DNA of 64,000 nt from a virus. This document shows, one piece after another, positions 32,701 through 45,878 of this stretch. The notes under the pieces are model-generated. The model was not told the DNA's origin. It did not search any database and was given only the letters and a program-made list of their open reading frames with translations. The stretch covers positions 32,001-96,000 of IMG/VR virus record IMGVR_UViG_3300046779_001442. One strand, given 5' to 3'. The position numbers and the translations under genes are program-made. The stretch's first letter is position 1; each line of letters begins with the position of its first letter.

Positions 32701-33713
32701 TGACAGTAACAGTAGAAGATGTATTGGCACAGCTTAATCCAAAGCTACGTAAGAATATTATGGTTGGAGATTCAGTTCCAGAGACAGAGTTTCAGCCAAC
32801 ACCAAGCTTTGGTCTTAATAGAGCACTAAATGGTGGACTTCCATATGGTCGTCAGGTATTGATTTGGGGATCTAAGTCATCTGCAAAGTCATCTGTATGC
32901 CTACAGACAATTGCTCTTGCACAAAAAGATGGAAAGATCTGTGCCTGGATTGATGCTGAAATGTCATATGATAAGTCATGGGCAGAACGTTTGGGTGTAG
33001 ATACATCAAAGCTTATTGTGTCTCAGGCACGTACGATTAATGACATGGTTGATGTTGGTACACAGCTTATGAATGCTGGAGTAGATATAATTGTTGTTGA
33101 CTCAATCACATCACTACTGCCTGCAATCTACTTTGAGAAAGATTCTGATGAGCTTAAGCAGTTAGAGAATACTAAGCAGATTGGTGCAGAAGCCAGAGAC
33201 TTTAGCAATGCAGTAAAGATGCTTAACTATGCAAATAATAAAGTTAAGCCTACGCTACTAATCTTTATTAGTCAGTCTAGAAACAATATTAGTGCAATGT
33301 ATACTAGCCAGCAACCAACTGGAGGCACATCAGTTAAGTTCTACTCGTCTACTATCATTAAGCTGTTCTCATCCGAGTCAGATAATCAAGCAATAAAGGG
33401 GAAGATCCATGTTGGAGATAAGCTCATTGAGGAAAAGATTGGTAGAAAAGTTCGTTGGGATTTACAGTTCTCTAAAACATCTCCTGCTTTTCAGGGTGGC
33501 GAATATGACTTTTATTTTAGGGGAGATGATGTTGGTGTTGATGCCATTGGCGATTTGGTTGATACTGCAGAGTCTCTAGGCATTGTAGCAAGAACTGGTG
33601 CATGGTATCAGCTTGAGGATGGAACAAAGGTTCAGGGAAGAGAGGCTTTTATCGCAAGGGTAAAGGAAGATCTAGATCTACAGGAATCAATCAAGGCAAA
33701 GCTAAATGGCTAA
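32700..33713 (+). CDS. recA: RecA-like recombinase
   Basis: GSKSSAKS Walker A, WIDAE, VVDSI, GAWY. Confidence 0.92.
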   Translation: MTVTVEDVLAQLNPKLRKNIMVGDSVPETEFQPTPSFGLNRALNGGLPYGRQVLIWGSKSSAKSSVCLQTIALAQKDGKICAWIDAEMSYDKSWAERLGVDTSKLIVSQARTINDMVDVGTQLMNAGVDIIVVDSITSLLPAIYFEKDSDELKQLENTKQIGAEARDFSNAVKMLNYANNKVKPTLLIFISQSRNNISAMYTSQQPTGGTSVKFYSSTIIKLFSSESDNQAIKGKIHVGDKLIEEKIGRKVRWDLQFSKTSPAFQGGEYDFYFRGDDVGVDAIGDLVDTAESLGIVARTGAWYQLEDGTKVQGREAFIARVKEDLDLQESIKAKLNG

Positions 33714-33882
33714 GTACACGGTATATAGCGGTAAATTTCAATGTCATACCTGCAAGGCAGAGGTTACATCTCTAAGATCATATCCAGAAACAAAAGAATT
33801 AACTTGGATGTGCAAGGATGGACACATTAGTAGGGTGTCGCTAGCAACAAAGAAGAAAAGGGACTATGAGCGAGAGAAGTGA
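33706..33882 (+). CDS. Small zinc-finger protein (58 aa, absent from ORF track)
   Basis: MAKYTVYSGKFQCHTC...WMCKDGH...; overlaps both neighbours. Confidence 0.65.
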   Translation: MAKYTVYSGKFQCHTCKAEVTSLRSYPETKELTWMCKDGHISRVSLATKKKRDYEREK

Positions 33883-34150
33883 GAGCAAGAGAATAGGAGC
33901 TAAGCAGCATAAGAATTCTGGTAGAAATACCAAGAAGGGCGATGCCACTTGGCACAACTTCACTGTTGACTTCAAAGAGTATCCCAAGGGTTTTACAGTA
34001 AACAAGGACAACTGGGCTAAGGCAGTTACAGATGCAATCAGGAATGGTAATGACCCAGCAATCTTTGTTGTTCTTGGCGAGGGTAACCAGAAGGTAAGGC
34101 TGGCTATTGTTGAGCTAGAGTTACTAGAACAATTAATTGATGAGGTATAA
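33866..34150 (+). CDS. PD-(D/E)xK nuclease, Holliday-junction-resolvase-like
   Basis: SG....KGD......DFKE. Confidence 0.7.
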   Translation: MSERSESKRIGAKQHKNSGRNTKKGDATWHNFTVDFKEYPKGFTVNKDNWAKAVTDAIRNGNDPAIFVVLGEGNQKVRLAIVELELLEQLIDEV

Positions 34151-34157
34151 TATTATT

Positions 34158-34718
34158 ATGCAAAAATATGTAAAAGGTGTTTTCTCAGAAGAACAGGTTT
34201 TATACCTAAAAAAGTATATAGCAGATGAGCTGTCAAAGAGAACGGTTTATGTCTGGGATGAACATAAAACCAAAGAGACATTTCCACAAGAAGTATTTAT
34301 GGATACGTCTAAATATCTTAACAATGTTTCTCTTGGAAAAATTATACTAGAGCTAAAACTTAGACAAGATATCAAAGATAGGGTTGTTGAAATTGCCAGA
34401 AATAATGGGTTTGATGTAGACTTTTTTGATGCAACATACACCGAATATTCTGCAAAATATGGTAGGCCAAATCTTGAGTCGCATACAGATTTCCAAAACT
34501 TTTGTTTGATGGATTACCAGCTAGAGGCAAATATTTCTTGGCCACTTTACATAGAAGACATAACTTATGATCTTCAGGATAACGAATCAATAACCTTTGT
34601 GCCTTCAAAGCTAATTCATGGTAGAATAGACAAAGAGTTTAAAGACGGAGATGTAGTAAAAATGATATTTTTCAATATGACTTTTAAAAATGAAACAGGA
34701 GATAAAAATGAAAATTAA
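34158..34718 (+). CDS. 2OG-Fe(II) oxygenase-like protein (leaderless)
   Basis: HTD...WPL...HGR; TATAAT 6 nt before ATG 34158. Confidence 0.65.
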   Translation: MQKYVKGVFSEEQVLYLKKYIADELSKRTVYVWDEHKTKETFPQEVFMDTSKYLNNVSLGKIILELKLRQDIKDRVVEIARNNGFDVDFFDATYTEYSAKYGRPNLESHTDFQNFCLMDYQLEANISWPLYIEDITYDLQDNESITFVPSKLIHGRIDKEFKDGDVVKMIFFNMTFKNETGDKNEN

Positions 34719-35526
34719 TCCACAAACAGGTCTTCCGCTAAATGTTGCACCAATGCACAAGTGGCTAACAGACTTTGACAAATACAATGAAAAGCTTCCA
34801 ATTTATATTGAGAAGCCATTTACAGATGAACAGATTGAGCAGCTTAGATCAGTAATTGAGGCCAATCGTGCATTAATGACTGAAGGTCAGTATGATAGAC
34901 TTCAGGGTAGTCAGGAGCAGTACTACGGTCAAACACGATTCCATCCAAAGAAGATTGTTCATATGTCTAGACTTCTTATCGAGTTTAACTGCCCACCAGA
35001 AATTGAAGCGGTAATGGATTCTTATGCCAAGCCACTTCATAAGGACCCAATCAGGCTTACCCACTACAATTACATTGACTATAATATTAAGTATGGGGAT
35101 GGAAAGCATGCACCAGCACTACCACCACATCTAGATGCAGATGAAAATCTAGTAACCTTTAACTACTGTCTTGACCAGAACATTGAGGACTGGGAAGTTT
35201 GGGTAGAAGACAAGCCATATAATCTTAAGAAAGGTGATGCCCTTATCTTTAGTGCTGTAAACCAGGTACACTGGAGACCAAAGCGAAAGTGGAAAGAGGG
35301 AGAGTTTGTAGAAATTGTAAGCTTTGACTATTGCCCAGTAACAAACTATCGCTGGACTGGTCAGTTTAACCCTATTGATCCAAGGTTCTGCCATGAAGAG
35401 AGAGAAGCATATGGTGATCAGGTAGCAAAGCATCCAAAAATGATGGCTGCATGGGATATCTATAATGAAATGGGTCTAAAAGACGGAATCCATCAATCAG
35501 AGATTGCAGGATTTGTGAATGAGTAA
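34708..35526 (+). CDS. 2OG-Fe(II) oxygenase-like protein
   Basis: PPHLD...HWR; SD aggaga. Confidence 0.65.
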   Translation: MKINPQTGLPLNVAPMHKWLTDFDKYNEKLPIYIEKPFTDEQIEQLRSVIEANRALMTEGQYDRLQGSQEQYYGQTRFHPKKIVHMSRLLIEFNCPPEIEAVMDSYAKPLHKDPIRLTHYNYIDYNIKYGDGKHAPALPPHLDADENLVTFNYCLDQNIEDWEVWVEDKPYNLKKGDALIFSAVNQVHWRPKRKWKEGEFVEIVSFDYCPVTNYRWTGQFNPIDPRFCHEEREAYGDQVAKHPKMMAAWDIYNEMGLKDGIHQSEIAGFVNE

Positions 35527-35821
35527 TGAGACAACTCTTGACATGATTAATGGTCTTGCAGAAGTTGCAGACTATATGCAGGATGAAGAGCTTACTACAG
35601 CACTTACATTTATTGCAAAACTAATAGTAAAACCAGACATTCCTCTGAATGTCGCAACAATTGAGATCGTACGCCTACAGGCAATTGCTGCTAAAATGTC
35701 CTTTAAGGCAACCTGGATGGCTAACGTAGATAAGGGAGATAGAGCGAAGAAGAACCTATACTTTACCGCTGCAGAATCAATCAATAACTTGGTTGCTGCA
35801 CTAAAGTATATTACTCGCTAA
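35519..35821 (+). CDS. Hypothetical helical protein
   Basis: Coupled ORF. Confidence 0.7.
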   Translation: MSNETTLDMINGLAEVADYMQDEELTTALTFIAKLIVKPDIPLNVATIEIVRLQAIAAKMSFKATWMANVDKGDRAKKNLYFTAAESINNLVAALKYITR

Positions 35822-35829
35822 GTGGTATT

Positions 35830-36663
35830 ATGGCTAAAAATTTATTAAGTCAGGTAATGTTAAAAAAGGTTGAAGAAAAGCCTAACATGTTTATCAAGCC
35901 TGAAGAACTGATTGCAAAAATTCATCATGGATACACTGTAACTCGTGTAGCAAAGTTTCAAAAGAAGAAGACTTTTGCTCCTAGTACAATCGCATACTCT
36001 CATGGAGAGTGTCCAAGATATTGGTACCTAGCTTTTGATGGTGCCATGTTTGAAGACAATGCAGATGCTTATGGTGTAGCAAATATGACATCTGGAACTT
36101 TGTCTCATGACAGAATTCAGACTGCAATGCTTAACTCTGGCCTCGCTAAAGAGTTTGTTGATGACAATGGTCAGAAAACTACAGAGTTTAAGATTGTAAG
36201 TCAAGATCCACCAATCTTTGGATATGGTGATGCAATGTTGGAGTGGGCTGGCGAAGACGTTGTTGGAGAAATTAAAACCATGCCAAGCGAAGGATTTGAG
36301 TATAGAAAGGCTCATGGTAAGCCAAAGACTGGCCACCTTGTTCAGCTTCTTATCTATATGAAGATTCTTGGCAAAACTAAGGGTGTTCTTATATATGAGA
36401 ATAAGAATAACCACGACTTGTTGGTATTGCCTATTGAGGTTAAACCAGGAAGTTATCTAGTATCGTGGGTAAACCAGGCATTTGATTGGATGAGAACTGT
36501 TCGAAAGGCATGGACAGATAGAACCTTGCCAGAAAAGAACTATAGGTCTAATTCAAAAATTTGCAAGACATGTCCTATTCAGGCTGCATGTGCTGAAGCT
36601 GGTAAGGGAGATATTAAAATTAAATCTCTGGAGCCAATAGATGAAGCACTGTCAATGGTGTGA
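35830..36663 (+). CDS. Cas4-like PD-(D/E)xK exonuclease
   Basis: CPR, D...EIK, QL..Y, C..CP....C (Fe-S cysteine pattern). Confidence 0.8.
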   Translation: MAKNLLSQVMLKKVEEKPNMFIKPEELIAKIHHGYTVTRVAKFQKKKTFAPSTIAYSHGECPRYWYLAFDGAMFEDNADAYGVANMTSGTLSHDRIQTAMLNSGLAKEFVDDNGQKTTEFKIVSQDPPIFGYGDAMLEWAGEDVVGEIKTMPSEGFEYRKAHGKPKTGHLVQLLIYMKILGKTKGVLIYENKNNHDLLVLPIEVKPGSYLVSWVNQAFDWMRTVRKAWTDRTLPEKNYRSNSKICKTCPIQAACAEAGKGDIKIKSLEPIDEALSMV

Positions 36664-36964
36664 TACACACTTTAGTCCAAAAACTTCTTATCAAATATAT
36701 TGCTCTTCCTTGTGTAGGGATCAGGCTACAAAAGAAAAAATAGCCCAGCGTTACGAGAGAACAAGGCGTGAGCGACGAAAGAATAAGGATCGTAGATGCA
36801 AGATTTGCAATAATGTTTTGTCATTTTATAACGATGAAAAGACATGTGAGTCATGCAAGGTTGATCCAAAAGAAATTAACAGAGTACTTAGACAAATAAA
36901 AGGAATGGCAAATGGTAAAGTTGAACTCGATAGTGGGGAAGCCAACCAAAATTCTGGCAATTGA
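36641..36964 (+). CDS. Cys-rich zinc-finger protein
   Basis: Four CxxC / Cx3C pairs. Confidence 0.65.
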   Translation: MKHCQWCDTHFSPKTSYQIYCSSLCRDQATKEKIAQRYERTRRERRKNKDRRCKICNNVLSFYNDEKTCESCKVDPKEINRVLRQIKGMANGKVELDSGEANQNSGN

Positions 36965-37490
36965 TGCAAGCACAAATAGTCTTGCATTTGCACTGTTTGA
37001 TTCAAAGTCTTTGGTATCTTTCGGTAAAATAAAGTATAGTGGCATTACAACATACGACAAGGTCATAGATGCATGCAAGAAAACTAAGGCTTTCTTAGAC
37101 ATCTATGGCCCTGTTGGTGCCATTGTGATTGAGCACACAGTATTTATGAATAGTCCTAAAACTGCAGCAGACCTAGCTCTAGTTCAGGGTGGGCTGCTTG
37201 GGGCAGCTGGTTTGGCTGGGGTAACACAGATTAAGTCAGTAGCTCCAATCACATGGCAAAACTACATTGGCAACAAGAAACTAACTAAAGAGGAAAAGCT
37301 TGCTATTCGTAACCAAAATCCTGAAAAGTCTGAGTCATGGCTTAAAACATATGAAAGAAATCTCAGAAAAGAAAAAACTATTAATTATATTAATATTCAA
37401 TATGACAGGATGGTTAGCGATAATGACGTTGCTGACGCAATTGGCATTGGGCATTATGCAATAAACAACTGGGAAAGGTTGACAAGCTAA
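36912..37490 (+). CDS. ruvC: RuvC-like resolvase
   Basis: ILAIDAS, IVIEH, DVADAIGI. Confidence 0.85.
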   Translation: MVKLNSIVGKPTKILAIDASTNSLAFALFDSKSLVSFGKIKYSGITTYDKVIDACKKTKAFLDIYGPVGAIVIEHTVFMNSPKTAADLALVQGGLLGAAGLAGVTQIKSVAPITWQNYIGNKKLTKEEKLAIRNQNPEKSESWLKTYERNLRKEKTINYINIQYDRMVSDNDVADAIGIGHYAINNWERLTS

Positions 37491-37642
37491 TGGCAAAGCT
37501 GTATACTAGTGAGGCATGGCTTCGTAAACGTTTTATAATGGATAAGAAGTCTCCAGAAGATATTGCCAAGGAGTGCGGAGTTAGTCTAGAGACTATCTAT
37601 GTATATCTTGCAAAATTTGGACTAAGAAAGAGCAGACGATGA
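37490..37642 (+). CDS. Small HTH protein (50 aa, absent from ORF track)
   Basis: SPEDIAKECGVSLETIYVYL; coupled at both ends. Confidence 0.7.
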   Translation: MAKLYTSEAWLRKRFIMDKKSPEDIAKECGVSLETIYVYLAKFGLRKSRR

Positions 37643-37875
37643 GTGATAAGTTAAAGATTACGGTTGATCAGGTAAATCACCCAACACACTATACCAGCCA
37701 TCCAAGCGGTATTGAGGCATTACAGATTACTAGACACATGAACTTCAATTTAGGTAATGCAATGAAGTATATCTGGAGAGCTGGAATTAAGAGCGAAGAG
37801 AAGCACATTGAGGATCTTGAGAAGGCTATCTTTTATATTCAGGACGAGATCAAGCGTATTAAGGGTGAGTTTTAG
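37639..37875 (+). CDS. DUF3310-like protein
   Basis: DQVNHPTHY...GNAMKYIWRAG.K...EDLEKA.FY. Confidence 0.85.
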   Translation: MSDKLKITVDQVNHPTHYTSHPSGIEALQITRHMNFNLGNAMKYIWRAGIKSEEKHIEDLEKAIFYIQDEIKRIKGEF

Positions 37876-38172
37876 TTGGGTCGTAAGAAGAATGCTGCAC
37901 CAGTAGCTCCTAGTAAATTTACTAGAGAGCATTCAATGCTAGTTAATGGCTTTGAGATAGTTCGTGGTGATATAATTAAAGTTAGTGGAGAATATGGACT
38001 CAAGTTCAAATTCGATGCTGTAGTAACCAACATGGAGACAGGATCTAGTTGGGTAGACTGCTTTGAACTATTCAGAGGGCAAAGCCATAGCTACAGATCG
38101 TTTTCCTTGGACAAGGTCAAAAGAATACCGCAGAAGGGCAAGAGGGCAAAAAAGAATGTCTCATCAGATTGA
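37876..38172 (+). CDS. Hypothetical protein
   Basis: TTG start directly after upstream stop; WVDCFE. Confidence 0.6.
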   Translation: MGRKKNAAPVAPSKFTREHSMLVNGFEIVRGDIIKVSGEYGLKFKFDAVVTNMETGSSWVDCFELFRGQSHSYRSFSLDKVKRIPQKGKRAKKNVSSD

Positions 38173-38896
38173 ATATCTTGACTCACCAACAAGGGTCTGG
38201 ATTATTGACGACTTCTTGAGTACAGAGCTTGCAACACAGCTTTCTGACGAATTCTATAAGTATGAAGATGAAAGATGGCTAACAAGAAACAACTCAGAGT
38301 TTGAGGAAAAGCTTCTTTCTACACATTGGGACTGGTACCCTAAATCTTTTTATAAAACATTTTTTGATTTGACATCTGTTAATTTTACAAAAGAGTTAGA
38401 AGACCTAACTGGTATTGATGGGCTTATCGCAGACTATGGCCTACATGCTGGTGGAATGCATCTACACGCAAGCAACGGCAGACTTAATCTACACCAGGAT
38501 GCAAAGGTGCATCCGAAACTTGACCTAGTAAGAAAGCTAAACTTAATCGTTTATCTAAATAAAAACTGGGAAGATAAATGGGGTGGAGAGCTAGAGTTCT
38601 GGAGTGATAAAGACGGAGAGCCTAATGAGCTAGAGTTCTATGTCGAACCAAAGTTTAATCGTGCAGTACTGTTTGAAACAGATAGAGATTTTTGGCATGG
38701 GCTTCCAGAGATGATTGCTGCACCTAATGGCGAAAACAGACAAAGCATCGCTATTTTTTATTACATTAAATCTGACAAAAGTATAGACATGCCAACAAGA
38801 GCAAAGTTTGCACTCACTGATGAGCAGAAAATGAATCCAGAGCTTGTCGCTAAGAGTGAAGAAAGAATGAGAACGGCCTTTAAATATGGAAGATAA
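38156..38896 (+). CDS. 2OG-Fe(II) oxygenase, prolyl-hydroxylase-like
   Basis: LHQD, YLNKNWEDKWGGEL, PKFNRAVLF, WHG, RQS; start reassigned to 38156. Confidence 0.85.
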   Translation: MSHQIEYLDSPTRVWIIDDFLSTELATQLSDEFYKYEDERWLTRNNSEFEEKLLSTHWDWYPKSFYKTFFDLTSVNFTKELEDLTGIDGLIADYGLHAGGMHLHASNGRLNLHQDAKVHPKLDLVRKLNLIVYLNKNWEDKWGGELEFWSDKDGEPNELEFYVEPKFNRAVLFETDRDFWHGLPEMIAAPNGENRQSIAIFYYIKSDKSIDMPTRAKFALTDEQKMNPELVAKSEERMRTAFKYGR

Positions 38897-39416
38897 GCTA
38901 ATAGAGCACCTTGATAATGTAAACAAGGTTGTAGAAAAATACCTTGCTGGTAGCGATCCAACACAGATTTCAAAAGAACTGTCTATGTCAAGACAGACTG
39001 TCGTTGGATACATTAGCGAATGGAGACAGATGGCTGCAGATAATGCAGCTATTCGTGCTCGTGCCAAAGAGGCACTAGTTGGTGCTGATACGCATTACAG
39101 CAAGCTAATTTCAAAAGCTTATGAAGTTATTGAAGAGGCCACGACTACTGCAAATCTTAGTGCAAAAACGCAGGGCATTAAACTCGTAATGGACCTAGAA
39201 AAGACACGAATTGAGATGCTACAAAAAGCTGGACTACTTGAAAATAAAGAGCTAGCAGAAGAAATGATTGAGATTGAGGAAAAGCAGGAAGCACTTATCC
39301 AAATCCTAAAAGACATCGCATCTGAATATCCAGAAATTCGTGATGAAATCATGAGAAGACTCTCTAGACTTAGTAAAGATAAAGAGACTGTAGTGATTGT
39401 GAATAATAATGTTTGA
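38886..39416 (+). CDS. Putative terminase small subunit
   Basis: N-terminal HTH, coiled coil, overlaps TerL start. Confidence 0.6.
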   Translation: MEDKLIEHLDNVNKVVEKYLAGSDPTQISKELSMSRQTVVGYISEWRQMAADNAAIRARAKEALVGADTHYSKLISKAYEVIEEATTTANLSAKTQGIKLVMDLEKTRIEMLQKAGLLENKELAEEMIEIEEKQEALIQILKDIASEYPEIRDEIMRRLSRLSKDKETVVIVNNNV

Positions 39417-41187
39417 TGATTTCTTAGATGCACTGAAGTCCGATAACTTTGATGAGCGTCCAGTAGATGCCAAAACCTTCGTTGAAGGAGAGGACTATCT
39501 GAACCAACCACCACTATCTGATGTTCAGTACGACATTGTAGAGGCTATGAGCCAAATCTACAAACTAGAAGATCTTATTGATCTTATGGGAGAAACAGAT
39601 GGAAGAAGATACTACAAGAAATATACCAAGAACGAAGTCATTCTTCAGCTCGGAAAAGGCTCTGGAAAAGATTTTACTTCTACGGTTGCGTGTGCTTATA
39701 TTGTCTATAAGCTACTTTGCCTTAAAGATCCTGCACGTTATTTTGGTAAGCCTAGTGGCGATGCCATTGATATCATTAACGTTGCGATCAACGCACAACA
39801 GGCGAAGAACGTATTCTTTAAAGGCTTTAAAACTAAGATTGAGAAATCGTCTTGGTTTGCTGGAAAATATAACCCAAAAGCGGAATCAATTGAATTTGAT
39901 AAATCTATCACAGTATACTCAGGTCACTCAGAAAGAGAGTCGCATGAGGGTCTTAACCTTATCCTTGCAGTTCTTGACGAGATCTCTGGTTTTGCTACAG
40001 AAATTGGAACAGGAAATGATCAGGGTAAGACGGCTGACAATATCTACAAAGCGTTTCGTGCGTCTGTTGACTCACGTTTCCCAGACTTAGGTAAAGTAGC
40101 ACTTCTTTCGTTTCCACGTTTCCCTGGAGACTTCATCTCTACAAGATATGATGCAGTAATTGCAGAAAAAGAAGTAGTAACCAAGCAGCATAAATTTATT
40201 ATGAATGAAGATCTTCCAGAAGATGCAGAAGGAAACTCGCTTGAAATTTCATGGGATGAAGACACAATTGTTTCTTATAAGTATCCAGGAATGTTTGCAC
40301 TTAAGCGTCCTACCTGGGTAGTTAATCCTACTCGTAAGATTGATGACTTCAAGTTGGCATTCTTTACAGACATGGGAGATGCTATGCAACGTTTTGCTTG
40401 TGTTCCAACATACATGTCAGATGCTTTCTTTAAGCAGAGAGACAAGGTTCGTGCAGCAATGACTGTACGCAACCCACTAGATTCATTTAGAAGGTTTGAG
40501 CCTTCATTTGAACCAGATCCAGAAAAAATTTACTATGTGCATGCTGACCTTGCACAGAAGCATGATAAATGTGCTGTAGCTATTGCTCACGTTGAAAAGT
40601 GGGTAAATGTTCAGGTAGTAAAAGACTACCAACAAATTGCACCAATTGTAGTTGTAGATGCAGTAGCGTATTGGGAACCAAAAGTAGAAGGCCCAGTAGA
40701 TTTGTCTGAAGTAAAACAGTGGATACAAAACCTAAGAAGAATTGGTTTCAACATAGGGCTTGTATCTTTTGACCGCTGGCAGTCATTTGACATTCAGAAT
40801 GAGCTAAAACAGATTGGTATGAGAACTGATACTGTTTCTGTTGGTAAAAAGCATTATGAAGATATGGCTATGCTAGTATATGAAGAAAGACTTGCTATGC
40901 CAGCAGTCGAACTTTTGTTCGAAGAGCTGACAGAGCTAAAGATCACTAAGAATGGTAAGAATGTTGACCACCCACGTAAGCTGTCCAAGGACTTAGCTGA
41001 CGCTGTGTGTGGCTCTATTTTTGGTGCTATAAGTCACACACCAAGGGATCTAAACCTTGAAGTTGAGGTGCATACCTTTAGGGATAGACCTAAAACTGAA
41101 CTTGACAAGCAAAAAGATAGTGTGATACAATATAAACCTATGCCAAAAGAGGTAAAAGACTATTTGGATAGGTTCAATTTAATCTAA
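39409..41187 (+). CDS. terL: Terminase large subunit
   Basis: GKGSGKD, VLDE, HADLA, SFDRWQS, DHP...SKDLADA. Confidence 0.92.
   Translation: MFDDFLDALKSDNFDERPVDAKTFVEGEDYLNQPPLSDVQYDIVEAMSQIYKLEDLIDLMGETDGRRYYKKYTKNEVILQLGKGSGKDFTSTVACAYIVYKLLCLKDPARYFGKPSGDAIDIINVAINAQQAKNVFFKGFKTKIEKSSWFAGKYNPKAESIEFDKSITVYSGHSERESHEGLNLILAVLDEISGFATEIGTGNDQGKTADNIYKAFRASVDSRFPDLGKVALLSFPRFPGDFISTRYDAVIAEKEVVTKQHKFIMNEDLPEDAEGNSLEISWDEDTIVSYKYPGMFALKRPTWVVNPTRKIDDFKLAFFTDMGDAMQRFACVPTYMSDAFFKQRDKVRAAMTVRNPLDSFRRFEPSFEPDPEKIYYVHADLAQKHDKCAVAIAHVEKWVNVQVVKDYQQIAPIVVVDAVAYWEPKVEGPVDLSEVKQWIQNLRRIGFNIGLVSFDRWQSFDIQNELKQIGMRTDTVSVGKKHYEDMAMLVYEERLAMPAVELLFEELTELKITKNGKNVDHPRKLSKDLADAVCGSIFGAISHTPRDLNLEVEVHTFRDRPKTELDKQKDSVIQYKPMPKEVKDYLDRFNLI
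41102..41131 (+). promoter_or_regulatory. SigA-type promoter inside the TerL 3' end
   Basis: TTGACA-18-TACAAT with extended TG. Confidence 0.6.
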
Positions 41188-41213
41188 ATAATATAGAAAA
41201 GGAAAACATATAT

Positions 41214-42233
41214 ATGACTTCACTTAAGAAGATCGCATTCGCATTGGTTGCAGCCTCTGCCCTTGCAACATCAGTAATTGCAACACCTGCAAGTGCTGCA
41301 GTATCTACTGCTCTAACAGTTGGCGGAAACGCTGCGGTTGGCGGTACTGCTGTATCAGCACCAGTAGCACTACCAGTACCTGCAGACAACTCTGTAGATG
41401 CTGTAGATGCACTAAAGATTGCTCTAACAGGCCTTGACACTGGAACAACTGTTTCTGCTGTCGCAACTAATGGTAAGATCGTTACTGCACTTGCTGCTGT
41501 TAACGCTCCTGTATCTGCTTCTGCAGGTGTTTCAAATGTATCAATTAACACTGGTACTGGAACTACTGCAGATATCTACGTATTTACTACAACCACTGCA
41601 GTTGGTACTGTAGCAGTTACTGTCGGTGGAAACACAACTACATACTACTTCCAGGGTACTGCTGGTGCACTAAACGCAATTGAACTTGCTGGTGCAACTT
41701 CAGGTGCTGCAGGAACTACATATACTGCATCAGTACGTGGTGTTGACGTTTTTGGCAATGCAAAGGGTGGTGCATCAATCAGCCTTCAGGTTGTTACAAA
41801 CACCACATCCACTACATACGCACTAACAACTGACACTGCAACTGCAACTCTTGGAACAAAGACTCAGGATGTAACACTTCCTGCTGCTGGCACTGTTCGT
41901 TTGATCGCAACTGCAACTGTCGCATCTGCTGTTACTGGTCTAGCAACTCCTGTTGCTGTTCGTGTTGCTGATGTTACAGTTCGTGACCTTGCATCAGAGC
42001 TAACTGCTAAGACTGCAGAACTAACTGTCGCTCAGGCTGCACTTGCTGCTGAAAAGGTTGCACACGATGCAACTAAGGCTGAACTTGCTAAGGTAAAGGC
42101 TGAACTTGCTCTTGAGCAGGCAAAGGCTATTGCTGAGGCTAAGAATACAGCATCTGCAAAGGCAAAGTACAATGCACTTGCTAAAAAGTGGAACAAGAAG
42201 TTCCCAAAGACTAAGGTCGCATTGCTTAAGTAA
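41214..42233 (+). CDS. Secreted Ala/Thr/Val-rich Ig-like protein with coiled-coil, basic C-terminus
   Basis: Signal peptide ending ASA-A; high-expression codon bias. Confidence 0.7.
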   Translation: MTSLKKIAFALVAASALATSVIATPASAAVSTALTVGGNAAVGGTAVSAPVALPVPADNSVDAVDALKIALTGLDTGTTVSAVATNGKIVTALAAVNAPVSASAGVSNVSINTGTGTTADIYVFTTTTAVGTVAVTVGGNTTTYYFQGTAGALNAIELAGATSGAAGTTYTASVRGVDVFGNAKGGASISLQVVTNTTSTTYALTTDTATATLGTKTQDVTLPAAGTVRLIATATVASAVTGLATPVAVRVADVTVRDLASELTAKTAELTVAQAALAAEKVAHDATKAELAKVKAELALEQAKAIAEAKNTASAKAKYNALAKKWNKKFPKTKVALLK

Positions 42234-42247
42234 TTAAAGCATAACTT

Positions 42248-42282
42248 GTAGGGGGAGGGAGTAAAATCTCTCCCCTTACTTG
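42248..42282 (+). terminator. Intrinsic terminator
   Basis: gtagggggaggga-gtaaaa-tctctccccttac. Confidence 0.65.
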
Positions 42283-42309
42283 TCTCAAAATATGGTAGGA
42301 GCATATAAG

Positions 42310-42703
42310 GTGTCAATAAAGTTGGTATACTTTTCTAACCATTCTGGAAATACCAGAAGGTTCGTTGAGAAGCTAGCCTACGAGGCACAGCAAATTCCAA
42401 TTAGATGGAATGAAGATGACCCACTTATTGTTGACTTTAAATATGTATTATGTGTGCCAACATATGGTGGTGGAAATGACAATACATCAATCCCAAAACA
42501 AGTCAAAAAGTTTTTAAATGTTCCAGCAAATAGATCAAATTTAGTTGGTATAATAGGTTTCGGAAATACGAATTTTGGAGAACATTTCTGCAAAGCTGCA
42601 GATCTGATATCTCAAAAAACTGGGGCACCAGTAATTGCAAGAGTAGAAATTTTTGGCACGTCAGAAGATGTGCAAAGAGTAACAGATAGGTTGGAAGAGA
42701 TAA

Positions 42704-42717
<14 letters not shown>
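42310..42717 (+). CDS. nrdI: Class Ib RNR flavodoxin
   Basis: [25 protein letters not shown]. Confidence 0.92.
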
Positions 42718-45777
<3,060 letters not shown>

Positions 45778-45791
45778 AACTAAATAAGATT

Positions 45792-45815
45792 GGCCCCTCT
45801 TCGGAGGGGCTTTTC
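45792..45815 (+). terminator. Intrinsic terminator after nrdF
   Basis: ggcccctc-ttcg-gaggggct-tttc. Confidence 0.85.
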
Positions 45816-45878
45816 TATTATTAAAGTGGTGTATAATTAAACTACTAAGCTTCTAACCCCACAAAGGAGACCCCAACT

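Noticed and set aside
35830-36663. CRISPR-Cas locus suggested by the Cas4-like gene
   Set aside because: No other cas genes or repeat-spacer array; solo Cas4-like nucleases are common in phage recombination modules
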